A stretch of DNA of 64,000 nucleotides from Camelus ferus. Its lineage: Eukaryota. Within the stretch, counting starts at the first letter, position 1. Each line of letters starts with the position of its first letter. The stretch spans positions 120,716,001 through 120,780,000 of the forward strand of contig NC_045697.1 in NCBI RefSeq assembly GCF_009834535.1, read 5' to 3'. The notes beneath the pieces are model-generated. The model was not told the DNA's origin. It did no database searches and saw only the letters and a list, made by a program, of their open reading frames with translations. The position numbers and the translations under genes were made by a program. Of this stretch, positions 25,501 to 40,675 are shown one piece after another.

Positions 25501-28500
25501 GTAGTGAATATATGTCTAATCCGTTATGCATGTAGCGTGTTCGAAAGACGTAATTTCACAGCAATGGAATCTCTGCAAATTACATGCCTAGTGGGTAGAA
25601 ATCGCTCCAACATTTTTTTCCTTCGAAAAATGCCTAATTTTCAAAACTGCTATTAGGAAACTGCTGCGATCTCAGAGTTAATGTTTCTAGGTGCAAATAT
25701 GTATTGTGTGGTAGATGAAAGTTTGTAATGCACATGCTTACACTCAATATAGAATGTTGTAGAATCTGTGATGCATGTAATGTATTTAGAACACGGAATG
25801 TCATGGTAAGTGAAACTATGTAAATTACAAGTGTATTGGATAGAACTCACTCCAAGAGGATTTTTCTGTGAAAACTGTCTTATTTTCGAAACTGGCATTA
25901 AGAAATATCTGCAAATACTGAGTACATGCTTCTAGCTGTATACATACATTGTATGGTAGATGAAAGTACATTAATCCACATGTTAACAACTCAGCACTTA
26001 ATATTTGTCGAAATGCAGTGCATGTAGCATGTACGGAGTACGGTATGTTACGGCGAAGAAATCTATGTAAATTACATGTCTACTGTGTAGAACACTCTAC
26101 AAGAGAATTATCCTGCAAAATTCCCTGATATTCTAAACTGCAGATAGGAAAAAGCTGCAAAATCAGAATATTATTTTCAAGGTGTATATATGCATTATAT
26201 TGTGGATGAAAGTTCTGTAATTCACAGGAACACAACTGACTAATGAATGTTTGTCAAATCCGTGATGAATGCAGTGTTTTCCGACCACGGAAAGTCACTT
26301 TGTGGGAAACAATTGAAATTGCAATTCTAATGGTTAGAAATCACTTGCAGAGATTTTTCTGGGAAAACTTTATTATTTTCGAGACTGACGTTAGGAAATA
26401 TCTGTGAAATCAGGGTAAATATTTCTAGGTGTATTTATGCCTTGTATGGTGGATGAAAGATTTGTAATCCACATGAACACACCTGAGTAATGAATGTTTG
26501 TCAAATCCGTGATGCATGTAGCGTGTTCAGAAAATGGAAAGTCACTTTGAGGGAATCTATTTAAATTACAATTCTACTGAGTAGAACTCGCATGAAGAGG
26601 TTTTTTCTGCGAAAACTTCATGATTTTTGAAACTGAAGTTAGGAAAAAGCTGGGAAAGAAGAGTAAATATTTCTAGGTGTAAATATAGCTTGTATGGTGG
26701 TGGAAAGTTCAGAAATCCACATGCTCACATCTCAGTAATGAATGATTACTAAATCCAATATGCATGTAGCGTGTTATGAACACGGAATGTCATGGTAAGT
26801 GAAACATTGTAAATTTCATGTCTATTGGATAGAACACGATCGAAGAGAACTTTTCTGTGAAAACTGCCTGTATTTCGCAAGTGGCATTAGGACAAATCTG
26901 CGAACACAGAGAAAGATGTCTAGGTGTAAATATGCAGTGTTTGGTGAATGAAAGATTGGTACTCCACATGTTCACAGCTCATTAAAAAATGTTTGTCCAA
27001 TCCGTGATCCATGTGGCGTGTTCGGAACACAGAATATCACGGTGATAGAAACTTTGTAAATTACAAGTGTATTGGGTAGAACTCGTTTCAAAAGCATTAT
27101 TCTGAGAAATCTGCTTCATTTTCAAATCTGACATTAGGTAAACACATCAAAATCTGAGAAAATGCTTCTAAGTGTCAATATGACTTGTATGGTGGATGAA
27201 AGTTCGGTAATACACACGTTCACCACTCAATAAAGAATGTTTCTCGAATCAGTGATGCATGTAGCGTGTTCGGAACATGCAATGTCACGGTGAGTGAAAG
27301 CATTTAAATTACATGTCCACTTGGTAGAACTTGCTCCAAAAGCATTTTTCTGTGAAATCTGCCTCATTTTCCAAACTGGCATTAGGAAAAAATTCGAATT
27401 TTGAGAAAATGCTTCTAAGTGCCATTATGACTTATATGGTGATGAAAGTTCAGAAATACACATGCTAACAAACCTGTAGTGAATATTTTTAAAACCGTGA
27501 TTCAATGCAATTTTTTCAGAACACAGAATTTGATAATGAGCGAATCTCTGTAAATTACATGTCTATTGGGTGGAACAATTTCAAAGAGTATATTTCTTTG
27601 AAAACTGCCTGATTTCAGAAACTGACGTTAGGAAAAATCTGCATAACTTTGTACATGTTTCTAGCTGTATATATACATTTTATAGTAGATGAAAGTTCAG
27701 TAATCCACATGCTAACAACTCAGCAGTGAATATTTTCGTACCTGCGGTGCAAGTAGCAAGTTTGAAGCACGGAATTTCACGGCGAGGGACTCTATGTAAA
27801 TTATATACCCAATGTGTAGAACATGCTACAAGAGATTTATCCTGCTATAGTTGCCAGATTTTCTAAACTGCCATTAGGTAAAAGCTGCGAACTCAGAATA
27901 ATGTTTTCTAGGTTTATATATGCCTTATATGGTGGATGAAAATTCTGTAATCTACATGCACACAACTGAGTAACGAATGTTTGTCAAATCCGTGATGAAT
28001 TTAGCATGTTCGGACCATGGAAAGTCACTTTGTGGGAAACTACAGAAATTACAATTCTACTGGGTCGAACTCGCTTGCAGAGATTACTTCTGCAAAAACA
28101 TCATGATTTTCAAAACAGACGGTAGGAAAAAGTAGTGAAATCAGAGTAAATATTTCTAGGTGTATATATGTCTCATATGGTGGATGAAAGTTCTGTAATC
28201 CACATGCACACAACTGAGTAATTAACGTTTGTCAAATCCGTGATGCATGTAGCATGTTCAGAAAACGGAAAATCGCTTTGAGGGAAACTCCTTAAATTAC
28301 AATTCCTCTGGATAGAACTCGCTTGAAGAGGATTTTTCCTGAGAAAACTTCATGATTTTAAAACCTGAATTTAGGAAAAAGCTGTGAAAGCAGAGTAAAT
28401 ATTTCTAGGTGTAAATATGCCTTGTATGGTGGATTAAATTTCGGAAATCCACATGCTCTCTAATCAGTAACGAATGTTTTATAAATCCATTATGCATAGA

Positions 28501-31500
28501 GCGTGTTCTGAACAGGGAATGTCATGGTAGGTGAAACATTGTAAATTTCATGTCTGTCTGATAGAACACGCTCGAAGAGAATTTTTCTGTGAAAACTGCC
28601 TGTTTTTTGCAACTGGCATTCGGACAAATCTGCAAACACAGAGAAAAATTTCTAGGTGTAAATATGCCGTGTTTGTTGGATGAATGTTCGGTAATCAACA
28701 CGTTCCCAACTCATTAATCAATGTTTGTCGAATCCGTGATCCATGTAATGTGTTCGGAACACAGACTATCACGGTAATAGAAACCTTGCAAATTACACAT
28801 GTATTAGGTAGAACTCGCTCCAAAAGCATTTATCTGCGAAATCTGCCACATTTAAAAACTGGCATTAGAAAAACACTTCGAAATCTGAGAAAATGATTCT
28901 AAGTGTCAATATGAATTTTATGGTGGATGAAAGTTCAGTAATCCACATGCTAAAAAATTCTGTAGTGAATATTTGTCGAAACTGATATGCATGCAGCTTT
29001 CTCGGAACACAGAATTTGACGGTGAGCGAACCTATGTAAATTAAATGTCTATTGTGTGGAACAGTCTCCAAGAGCATTTTTCGGGAAAACTGCCTCATTT
29101 TCAAAACTGGGGTTAGGAAAACTTTCAAAAAATTAAAAAATGCTTGTAAACGCCATTATGCCTTTTATGGTGGATAAAACCACGGTAATCCACATGCTAA
29201 AAACTCTGTAGTTAATATTTGTGGAATCCGAGATGCATGTAGCGTGTTCAGAACACGGAATTTCACGGTGAGCGAATCTTTGTAAATTACAAGTCTATTG
29301 GTTAGAACTCGCTCCAAGAGCTTTTTGCTGCGAAATCTGCCGCATTTTCTAAACTGGCATTTGGAAACCTCTGTGAAATCAGAGAAAATGCTTCTAAGTA
29401 TCAATATGCCTTTTATTATGCTGAAAGTTCATTAATCCACATGCAAACACATTTGTAGTGAATATATGTCGAATCCGTTATGCATGTAGCGTGTTCGAAA
29501 GACGTAATTTCACAGCAATGGAATCTCTGCAAATTACATGCCTAGTGGGTAGAAATCGCTCCAACATTTTTTTCCTTCGAAAAATGCCTAATTTTCAAAA
29601 CTGCTATTAGGAAACTGCTGCGATCTCAGAGTTAATGTTTCTAGGTGCAAATATGTATTGTGTGGTAGATGAAAGTTTGTAATGCACATGCTTACACTCA
29701 ATATAGAATGTTGTAGAATCTGTGATGCATGTAATGTATTTAGAACACGGAATGTCATGGTAAGTGAAACTATGTAAATTACAAGTGTATTGGATAGAAC
29801 TCACTCCAAGAGGATTTTTCTGTGAAAACTGTCTTATTTTCGAAACTGGCATTAAGAAATATCTGCAAATACTGAGTACATGCTTCTAGCTGTATACATA
29901 CATTGTATGGTAGATGAAAGTACATTAATCCACATGCTAACAACTCAGCACTTAATATTTGTCGAAATGCAGTGCATGTAGCATGTACGGAGTACGGTAT
30001 GTTACGGCGAGAGAATCTATGTAAATTACATGTCTACTGTGTAGAACACTCTACAAGAGAATTATCCTGCAAAATTCCCTGATATTCTAAACTGCAGATA
30101 GGAAAAAGCTGCAAAATCAGAATAATATTTTCAAGTTGTATATATGCATTATATGTTGGATGAAAGTTCTGTAATTCACAGGCACACAACTGACTAATGA
30201 ATGTTTGTCAAATCCGTGATGAATGCAGTGTGTTCGGACCACGGAAAGTCACTTTGTTGGAAACAATTGAAATTGCAATTCTAATGGGTAGTACTCACAT
30301 GCAGAGATTTTTTCTGGGAAAACTTTATGATTTTCGAGACTGACGTTAGGAAAAATCTGTGAAATCAGGGTAAATATTTCTAGGTGTATTTATGCCTTGT
30401 ATGGTGGATGAAAGTTCTGTATTTCACATGCACACACCTGAGTAATAAATGTTTGTCAAATCCGTGATGCATGTAGCGTGTTCAGAAAATGGAAAGTCTC
30501 ATTGAGGGAATCTATTTAAATTACAATTCTACTGAGTAGAACTCGCATGAAGAGGTTTTTTCTGCGAAAACTTCATGATTTTTGAAACTGAAGTTAGGAA
30601 AAAGCTGGGAAAGAAGAGTAAATATTTCTAGGTGTAAATATAGCTTGTATGGTGGTGGAAAGTTCAGAAATCCACATGCTCACATCTCAGTAATGAATGA
30701 TTACTAAATCCAATATGCATGTAGCGTGTTATGAACACGGAATGTCATGGTAAGTGAAACATTGTAAATTTCATGTCTATTGGATAGAACACGATCGAAG
30801 AGAACTTTTCTGTGAAAACTGCCTGTATTTCGCAAGTGGCATTAGGACAAATCTGCGAACACAGAGAAAATGTCTAGGTGTAAATATGCAGTGTTTGGTG
30901 GAATGAAAGATTGGTACTCCACATGTTCACAGCTCATTAAAAAATGTTTGTCCAATCCGTGATCCATGTAGCGTGTTCGGAACACAGAATATCACGGTGA
31001 TAGAAACTTTGTAAATTACAATGTGTATTGGGTAGAACTCGTTTCAAAAGCATTATTCTGATGAAATCTGCTTCATTTTCAAATCTGACATTAGGTAAAC
31101 ACATCAAAATCTGAGAAAATGCTTCTAAGTGTCAATATGACTTGTATGGTGGATGAAATTTCGGTAATACACACGTTCACCACTCAATAAAGAATGTTTC
31201 TCGAATCAGTGATGCATGTAGCGTGTTCGGAACATGCAATGTCACGGTGAGTGAAAGCATTTAAATTACATGTCCACTTGGTAGAACTTGCTCCAAAAGC
31301 ATTTTTCTGTGAAATCTGCCTCATTTTCCAAACTGGCATTAGGAAAAAATTCGAATTTTGAGAAAATGCTTCTAAGTGCCATTATGACATATATGGTGAT
31401 GAAAGTTCAGAAATACACATGCTAACAAACCTGTAGTGAATATTTTTAAAACCGTGATTCAAGCAATTTTTTCAGAACACAGAATTTGATAATGAGCGAA

Positions 31501-34500
31501 TCTCTGTAAATTACATGTCTATTGGGTGGAACAATTTCCAAGAGTTTATTTCTTTGAAAACTGCCTGATTTCAGAAACTGACGTTAGGAAAAATCTGCAT
31601 AAACTTTGTACATGTTTCTAGCTGTATATATACATTTTATAGTAGATGAAAGTTCAGTAATCCACATGCTAACAACTCAGCAGTGAATATTTTCGTACCT
31701 GCGGTGCAAGTAGCAAGTTTTAAGCACGGAAATTCACGGCGAGGGACTCTATGCAAATTATATACCCAATGTGTAGAACATGCTACAAGAGATTTATCCT
31801 GCTATAGTTGCCAGATTTTCTAAACTGCCATTACGTAAAAGCTGCGAACACAGAATAATTATTTCTAGGTTTATATATGCTTTATATGGTGGATGAAAAT
31901 TCTGTAATCTACATGCACACAACTGAGTAACGAATGTTTGTCAAATCCGTGATGAATTTAACATGTACGGACCATGGAAAGTCACTTTGTGGGAAACTAC
32001 AGAAATTACAATTCTACTGGGTCGAACTCGCTTGCAGAGATTTCTTCTGCAAAAACATCATGATTTTCAAAACAGACGGTAGGAAAAAGTAGTGAAATCA
32101 GAGTAAATATTTCTAGGTGTATATATGTCTCATATGGTGGATGAACGTTCTGTAATCCACATGCACACAACTGAGTAATTAATGTTTGTCAAATCCGTGA
32201 TGCATGTAGCATGTTCAGAAAACGGAAAATCGCTTTGAGGGAAACTCCTTAAATTACAATTCCTCTGGATAGAACTCGCTTGAAGAGGATTTTTCCTGAG
32301 AAAACTTCATGATTTTAAAACCTGAAGTTAGGAAAAAGCTGTGAAAGCAGAGTAAATATTTCTAGGTGTAAATATGCCTTGTATGGTGGATTAAATTTTG
32401 GAAATCCACATGCTCTCTAATCAGTAACGAATGTTTTATAAATCCATTATGCATAGAGCGTGTTCTGAACAGGGAATGTCATGGTAGGTGAAACATTGTA
32501 AATTTCATGTCTGTCTGATAGAACACGCTCGAAGAGAATTTTTCTGTGAAAACTGCTTGTTTTTTGCAACTGGCATTCGGACAAATCTGCAAACACAGAG
32601 AAAAATTTCTAGGTGTAAATATGCCGTGTTTGTTGGATGAATGTTCGGTAATCAACACGTTCCCAACTCATTAATCAATGTTTGTCGAATCCGTGATCCA
32701 TGTAATGTGTTCGGAACACAGACTATCACGGTAATATAAACCTTGCAAATTACACATGTATTAGGTAGAACTCGCTCCAAAAGCATTTATCTGTGAAATC
32801 TGCCACATTTAAAAACTGGCATTAGAAAAACACTTCGAAATCTGAGAAAATGATTCTAAGTGTCAATATGAATTTTATGGTGGATGAAAGTTCAGTAATC
32901 CACATGCTAAAAAATTCTGTAGTGAATATTTGTCGAAACTGATATGCATGCAGCTTTCTCGGAACACAGAATTTGACGGTGAGTGAACCTATGTAAATTA
33001 AATGTCTATTGTGTAGAACTCTCTCCAAGAGCATTTTTCGGGAAAACTGCCTCATTTTCAAAACTGGGGTTAGGAAAACTTTCAAAAAATGAGAAAATGC
33101 TTCTAAGCGCCATTATGCCTTGTATGGTGGATAAAACTACGGTAATCCACATGCTAACAAGTCTGTAGTTAATATTTCTGGAATCCGAGATGCATGTAGC
33201 GTGTACAGAACACGGAATTTCACGGTGAGCAAATCTTTGTAAATTACAAGTCTATTGGTTAGAACTCGCTCCAAGAGCTTTTTGCTGCGAAATCTGCCGC
33301 ATTTTCTAAACTGGCATTTGGAAACCTCTGTGAAATCAGAGAAAATGCTTCTAAGTATCAATATGCCTTTTATTATGCTGAAAGTTCAGTAATCCACATG
33401 CAAACACATTTGTAGTGAATATATGTCGAATCCGTTATGCATGTAGCGTGTTCGAAAGACGTAATTTCACAGCAATGGAATCTCTGTAAATTACATGCCT
33501 AGTGGGTAGAAATCGCTCCAACATTTTTTTCCTTCGAAAAATGCCTAATTTTCAAAACTGCTATTAGGAAACTGCTGCGAATCTCAGAGTTAATGTTTCT
33601 AGGTGCAAATATGTATTGTGTGGTAGATGAAAGTTTGTAATGCACATGCTTACACTCAATATAGAATGTTGTAGAATCTGTGATGCATGTAATGTATTTA
33701 GAACACGGAATGTCATGGTAAGTGAAACTATGTAAATTACAAGTGTATTGGATAGAACTCACTCCAAGAGGATTTTTCTGTGAAAACTGTCTTATTTTCG
33801 AAACTGGCATTAAGAAATATCTGCAAATACTGAGTACATGCTTCTAGCTGTATATATACATTGTATGGTAGATGAAAGTACATTAATCCACATGCTTAAC
33901 AACTCAGCACTTAATATTTGTCGAACTGCAGGTGCATGTAGCATGTTACGGAGTACGGTATGTTCACGGCGAGGAGATCTATGTAAATTACATGTCTACT
34001 GTGTAGAACACTCTACAAGAGAATTATCCTGCAAAGTTGCCTGATATTCTTAACTGCAGATAGGAAAAAGCTGCAAAATCAGAATAATATTTTCAAGGTG
34101 TATATATGCATTATATGTGGATGAAAGTTCTGTAATTCACAGGCACACAACTGACTGATGAATGTTTGTCAAATTCGTGATGAATGAAGTGTGTTCGGAC
34201 CACGGAAAGTCACTTTGTGGGAAACAATTGAAATTGCAGTTCTAATGGTTAGAACTCACATGCAGAGATTTTTTCTGGGAAAACTTTATGATTTTCGAGA
34301 CTGACGTTAGGAAAAATCTGTGAAATCAGGGTAAATATTTCTAGGTGTATTTATGCCTTGTATGGTGGATGAAAGTTCTGTAATTCCACATGCACACACC
34401 TGAGTAATGAATGTTTGTCAAATCCGTGATGCATGTAGCGTGTTCAGAAAATGGAAAGTCTCATTGAGGGAATCTATTTAAATTACAATTCTACTGAGTA

Positions 34501-37500
34501 GAACTCGCATGAAGAGGTTTTTTCTGCGAAAACTTCAATGATTTTGAAACTGAAGTTAGGAAAAAGCTGGGAAAGAAGAGTAAATATTTCTAGGTGTAAA
34601 TATACCTTGTATGGTGGTGGAAAGTTCAGAAATCCACATGCTCACAACTCAGTAATGAATGATTACTAAATCCAATATGCATGTAGCGTGTTATGAACTC
34701 GGAATGTCATGGTAAGTGAAACATTGTAAATTTCATGTCTATTGGATAGAACACGATCGAAGAGAATTTTTCTGTGAAAACTGCCTGTATTTCGCAAGTG
34801 GCATTAGGACAAATCTGCGAACACAGAGAAAATGTCTAGGTGTAAATATGCAGTGTTTGGTGGATGAAAGTTTGGTACTCCACATGTTCAGAGCTCATTA
34901 AAAAATGTTTGTCCAATCCGTGATCCATGTAGCGTGTTCTGAACACAGAATATCACGGTGATAGAAACTTTGTAAATTACATGTGTATTGGGTAGAACTC
35001 GTTTCAAAAGCATTTTCTGTGAAATCTGCTCATTTTCAAATCTGACATTAGGTAAACACTTCAAAATCTGAGAAAATGCTTCTAAGTGTCAATATGACTT
35101 GTATGGTGGATGAAAGTTCGGTAATACACACGTTCACCACTCAATAAAGAATGTTTGTCGAATCAGTGATGCATGTAGCGTGTTCGGAACATGCAATGTC
35201 ACGGTGAGTGAAAGCATTTAAATTACATGTCCACTTGGTAGAACTTGCTCCAAAAGCATTTTTCTGTGAAATCTGCCTCATTTTCCAAAATGGCATTAGG
35301 AAAAAATTCGAATTTTGAGAAAATGCTTCTAAGTGCCAATATGACTTGTATGGTGATGAAAGTTCAGAAATACACATGCTAACAAACCTGTAGTGAATAT
35401 TTTTTGAAACCGTGATGCATGCAGTTTTTTCAGAACACAGAATTTGACGATGAGCGAATCTATGTAAATTACATGTCTATTGGGTGGAACAAGTTCCAAG
35501 ATTATATTTCTTTGAAAACTGCCTGATTTCAGAAACTGACTTTAGGAAAAATCTGCATATAATTTGTACATGTTTCTAGCTGTATATACACATTTATGGT
35601 AGATGAAAGTTCAGTAATCCACATGCTAACAACTCAGCAGTGAATATTTGTCGAACCTAGCGTTGCAAGTAGCAAGTTTGAAGCACGGAATTTCACGGCG
35701 AGGGACTTCTATGTAAATTTTATGTCCAATGTGTAGAACATGCTACAAGAGATTTATCCTGCTATAGTTGCCAGATTTTCTAAACTGCCATTAGGAAAAA
35801 GCTGCGAACTCAGAATAATGATTTTCTAGGTTTATATATGCCTTATATGGTGGATGAAAATTCTGTAATCTACATGCACACAACTGAGTAACTGAATGTT
35901 TGTCAAATCCAGTGATGAATTTAGCATGTTCGGACCATGGAAAGTCACTTTGTGGGAAACTATTGAAATTACAATTCTACTGGGTCGAACTCGCTTGCAG
36001 AGATTACTTCTGCAAAACATCATGATTTTCAAAACAGACGGTAGGAAAAAGTAGTGAAATCAGAGTAAATATTTCTAGGTGTATATATGTCTCATATGGT
36101 GGATGAAAGTTCTGTAATCCACATGCACACAACTGAGTAATTAACGTTTGTCAAATCCGTGATGCATGTAGCATGTTCAGAAAACGGAAAGTCGCTTTGA
36201 GGGAAACTGCTTAAATTACAATTCCTCTGGATAGAACTCGCTTGAAGAGGTTTTTCCTGAGAAAACTTCATGATTTTAAAACCTGAAGTTAGGAAAAAGC
36301 TGTGAAAGCAGAGTAAATATTTCTAGGTGTAAATATGCCTTGTATGGTGGATTAAATTTCTGAAATCCACATGCTCTCTAATCAGTAATGAATGTTTTAT
36401 AAATCCATTATGCATAGAGCGTGTTCTGAACAGGGAATGTCATGGTAGGTGAAACATTGTAAATTTCATGTCTGTCTGATAGAACACGCTCGAAGAGAAT
36501 TTTTCTGTGAAAACTGCCTGTTTTTTGCAACTGGCATTCGGACAAATCTGCAAACACAGAGAAAAATTTCTAGGTGTAAATATGCCGTGTTTGTTGGATG
36601 AATGTTCGGTAATCAACACGTTCCCAACTCATTAATCAATGTTTGTCGAATCCGTGATCCATGTAATGTGTTCGGAACACAGACTATCACGGTAATAGAA
36701 ACCTTGCAAATTACACATGTATTAGGTAGAACTCGCTCCAAAAGCATTTATCTGCGAAATCTGCCTCATTTTCAAAACTGGCATTAGAAAAACACTTCGA
36801 AATCTGAGAAAATGATTCTAAGTGTCAATATGAATTGTATGGTGGATGAAAGTTCAGTAATCCACATGCTAAAAAATTCTGTAGTGAATATTTGTCGAAA
36901 CTGTTATGCATGCAGCTTTCTCGGAACACAGATTTGACGGTGAGGAACCTATGTAAATTAAATGCTATATGTGTAGAACTCTCTCCAAGAGCATTTTCGG
37001 TGAAAACTGCCTCATTTTCGAAACTGGCGTTAGGAAAACTTTCAAAAAATGAGAAAATGCTTGTAAGCGCCTTTATGCCTTGTATGGTGGATAAAATATG
37101 GTATTCCACATGCTAACAACTCTGTATTGTAAATATGTGGAATCCGAGATGCATGTAGCTGTTCACGAACACGGAATTTCCACGGTGAGCGAAATCTTTG
37201 TAACTTACAAGTCTCTTGGGTAGAACTCGCTCCAAGAGATTTTCTGCTGGGAAATCTGCTCATTTTGGCAATCTGGTTATGGAAACCTCTGTGAAAAGAG
37301 AAAATGCTTCTAAGTATCAATATGCCTTTTATTATGCTGAAGTTCGGTAATCCACATGCAAACACCTTTGTAGTGAATTATATGTCGAATCGTTATGCAT
37401 GTAGCGTGTTCGAAAGACGTAATTTCACAGCAATGGAATCTATGTACATTACATGCATAGTGGGTAGAAATAGCTCCAACAGTTTTTTCCTTCGAAAAAT

Positions 37501-40500
37501 GCCTAATTTTCAAATGCTATTAGGAAATTGCTGGAACTCAGAGTTAAAGTTTCTAGGTGCAAAATCTGTATGTGTGGTAGATGAAAGTTGTAAGCACATG
37601 CTTACACTCAATATAGAATGTTGTAGAATCTGTGATGCATGTAATGTATTAGAACACGGAATGTCATGGTAAGTGAAATTATGTAAATTACAAGTGTATG
37701 GATAAACTCACTCCAAGAGGATTTTCTGTGAAAACTGTCTTTTTCGAAACTGGCATTAAGATAAATCTGCAATACTGAGTACATGCTTCTAGCTGTATAC
37801 AGACATTGTATGGTAGATGAAGTACATTAATCCACATGTTAACAACTCGCACTTAATATTTGTCGAAGCAGTGCATGTAGCTGTACGGAGTACGGGTATG
37901 TTACGGCAGAGAAATCTATGTAAATTACATGTCTACTGTGTAGAACACTCTAACAAGAGAATTATCCTGCAAAGTTGCCTGATATTCTAAACTGCATAGG
38001 AAAAAGCTGCAAAATCAGAATAATATTTTCAAGGTGTATATAGGCCATATATTGTGGATGAAAGTTCTGTAATTCACAGGCACACAACTGACATGAATGA
38101 TTTGTCAAATCGTGATGAATGCAGTGTTTCGACCACGGAAAGTCACTTTGTGGAAACAATTGAAATTGAATTCTAATGGTTACACACATGCAGAGATTTT
38201 TCGGGGAAAACTTTATGATTTTCGAGACTGACGTTTAGGAAAAATCTGTGAAATCAGGTAAATATTTCTAGGTGTATTTATGCCTTGTATGTGGATGAAA
38301 AGTTCTGTTATTTCACATGCACACACCTGCGTAATCAAATGTTTGTCAAATCCTGTGATGCATGTAGCGTGTTCAGAAAATGGAAAGTCTCATTGAGGGA
38401 ATCTATTTAAATTACAATTCTACTGGGAGAACTCGCATGAAGAGGTTTTTTCTCGGAAAACTTCATGATTTTGAAACTGAAGTTAGGAAAAGCTGGGAAA
38501 GGAAGAGAGTAAATATTCTAGGTTGTAAATATTAGATTGATGGTGGTGGGAAAGTTCAGAGAAAATCCCATGCTCAATCTCAGTAATGAATGATTACTAA
38601 ATCCAATATGCAGTAGCGTGTTATGAACACGGAATGTGTCATGGTAAGTGAAACATTGTAAATTTCATGTCTATTGGATAGAACACGATCGAAGAGAAAT
38701 TTCTGTGAAAACTGCCTGTATTTCGCAAGTGGCATTAGGACAAATGCGAAACAACAGAGAAGATTTAGGTGTAAATATGCAGTGTTTGGTGAATGAAGAT
38801 TGGTACTCATGTTCACAGCTCATTAAAAAATGTTTGTCCAATCCGTGATCCATGTGCGGGTTCGGAACACAGAATATCACGGTGATAGAAACTTTGTAAA
38901 TTACAAGTGTATTGGGTTAGAACTCGTTCAAAAGCATTATTCTGAGAAATCTGCTCTTTTCAAATCTGACATTAGGTAAACACATCAAATCTGAGGAAGA
39001 ATAGAAATGCTTTAAGTGTCAATATGACTTGTATGGTGGATGAAATTTCGGTAATACACACGTTCACCACTCAATAAAGAATGTTTCTCGAATCAATGAT
39101 GTCATTGTAGCGTGTCGGAACATGCAATGTCACGGTGAGGTGAAAGCATTTAAATTACATGTCCACTTGGTTGAGAACTTGCTCCAAAAGGCATTTTTCT
39201 TGTGAAATTCTGCCTCTTTTCCAAACTGGCATTAGGAAAAAATTCGAATTTGAGAAAATGCTTCTAAGTGCCATTATGATTATATGGTGAGATAAGTTCA
39301 GAAATACACATGCTAACAAAAACCTGTAGTGAATATTTTTAAAAACCGTTTGATTCAAGCAATTTTTTCAGAACACAGAATTTGATAATGAGCGAATCTC
39401 TGTAATTACATGTCTATTGGGGAACAATTTCCAAGAGTATATTCTTTTGAAAACTGCCTGATTTCAGAAACTGACGTTAGGAAAAAATCTGCATAACTTT
39501 GTACATGTTTCTAGCTGTTATATACATTTATAGTAGATGAAAGTTCAGTAATCCACATGCTAACAACTCAGCAGTGAATATTTCGACCTGCGGTGCAGTA
39601 GCCAAGTTTTAAGCACGGAAATCACGGCGAGGGACTCTATGTAAATTATATACCCAATGTATAGAACATGCTACAAGAGATTTATCCTGCTATAGTTGCC
39701 AGATTTTCTAAAACTGCCATTAGTAAAAGCTGCGAACTCAGAATAATTTCTAGGTTTATATATGCCTTATGGTGGATGAAAATTCTGTAATCTACATGCA
39801 ACAAACTGAGAAAGAGAGTAACGAATGTTTGTCAAATCCGTGATGAATTTAGCTGTCGGACCATGGAAGTCACTTTGGGAAACTACAGAAATTACAATTC
39901 TACTGGTCGAACTCCGCTTGCAGAGATTTACTTCTGCAAAAACATCATGATTTTCAAAACAGACGGTAGGAAAAAGTAGTGAATGAATCAGAGTAAAAGT
40001 ATTTCTAGGTGTGTATATCTTCATATGGTGGATGAAGATTTCTGTAATCCACATGCACACAACTGAGTAATTAAGTTTGTCAAATCCGTGATGCATGTTA
40101 GCATGTTCAGAAAACGGAAAATCGCTTTGAGGGGGAAATCTTAAATTACAATTTCCTCTGGATAGAACTCGCTTGAAGAGGATTTTCCTGAGAAAACTCA
40201 TGATTTTAAAACCTGAAGTTAGGAAAAGCTGTGAAGCGACGAGTAAATATTTCTTAGGTGTAAATATGCCTTGTATGGTGGATTAAATTTGAAATCCACA
40301 TGCTCTCTAATCAGTAAAATGTTTTATAAATCCATTATGCATAGAGCGTGTTCTGAACAGGGAATGTCATGGTAGGTGTGAAACATTGTCAATTTCATGT
40401 CTGTCTGATAGAACACGCTCGAAGAGAATTTTTGTGAAAACTGCTTGTTTTTTGCAACTGGCCATTCGGACAAATCTGCAAACACAGAGAAGAAAATTTC

Positions 40501-40575
40501 TACGGGTTGTAAAATTGCCGTGTTTGTTGGATGAATGTTCGGTAATCAACACGTTCCCAACTCTTAATCAATGTT

Positions 40576-40675
40576 NNNNNNNNNNNNNNNNNNNNNNNNN
40601 NNNNNNNNNNNNNNNNNNNNNNNNNNNNNNNNNNNNNNNNNNNNNNNNNNNNNNNNNNNNNNNNNNNNNNNNNNN
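40576..40675. other. Assembly gap (100 N placeholder)
   Basis: Run of exactly 100 n. Confidence 0.99.

Larger units (their letters stand above)
1961..40575. repeat. 16-monomer higher-order repeat domain (A-P), unit ~3955 bp, about 10 units including one 9-monomer variant
   Basis: Sixteen distinguishable monomers cycle in fixed order, e.g. A 3217, B 3473, C 3716, D 3961, E 4205, F 4452, G 4702, H 4948, I 5200, J 5446, K 5692, L 5940, M 6190, N 6437, O 6682, P 6932, A 7180. Equivalent ORF-track frames recur every 3954 bp (21699/25653/29607; 24730/28684; 24911/28865). Confidence 0.96.
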
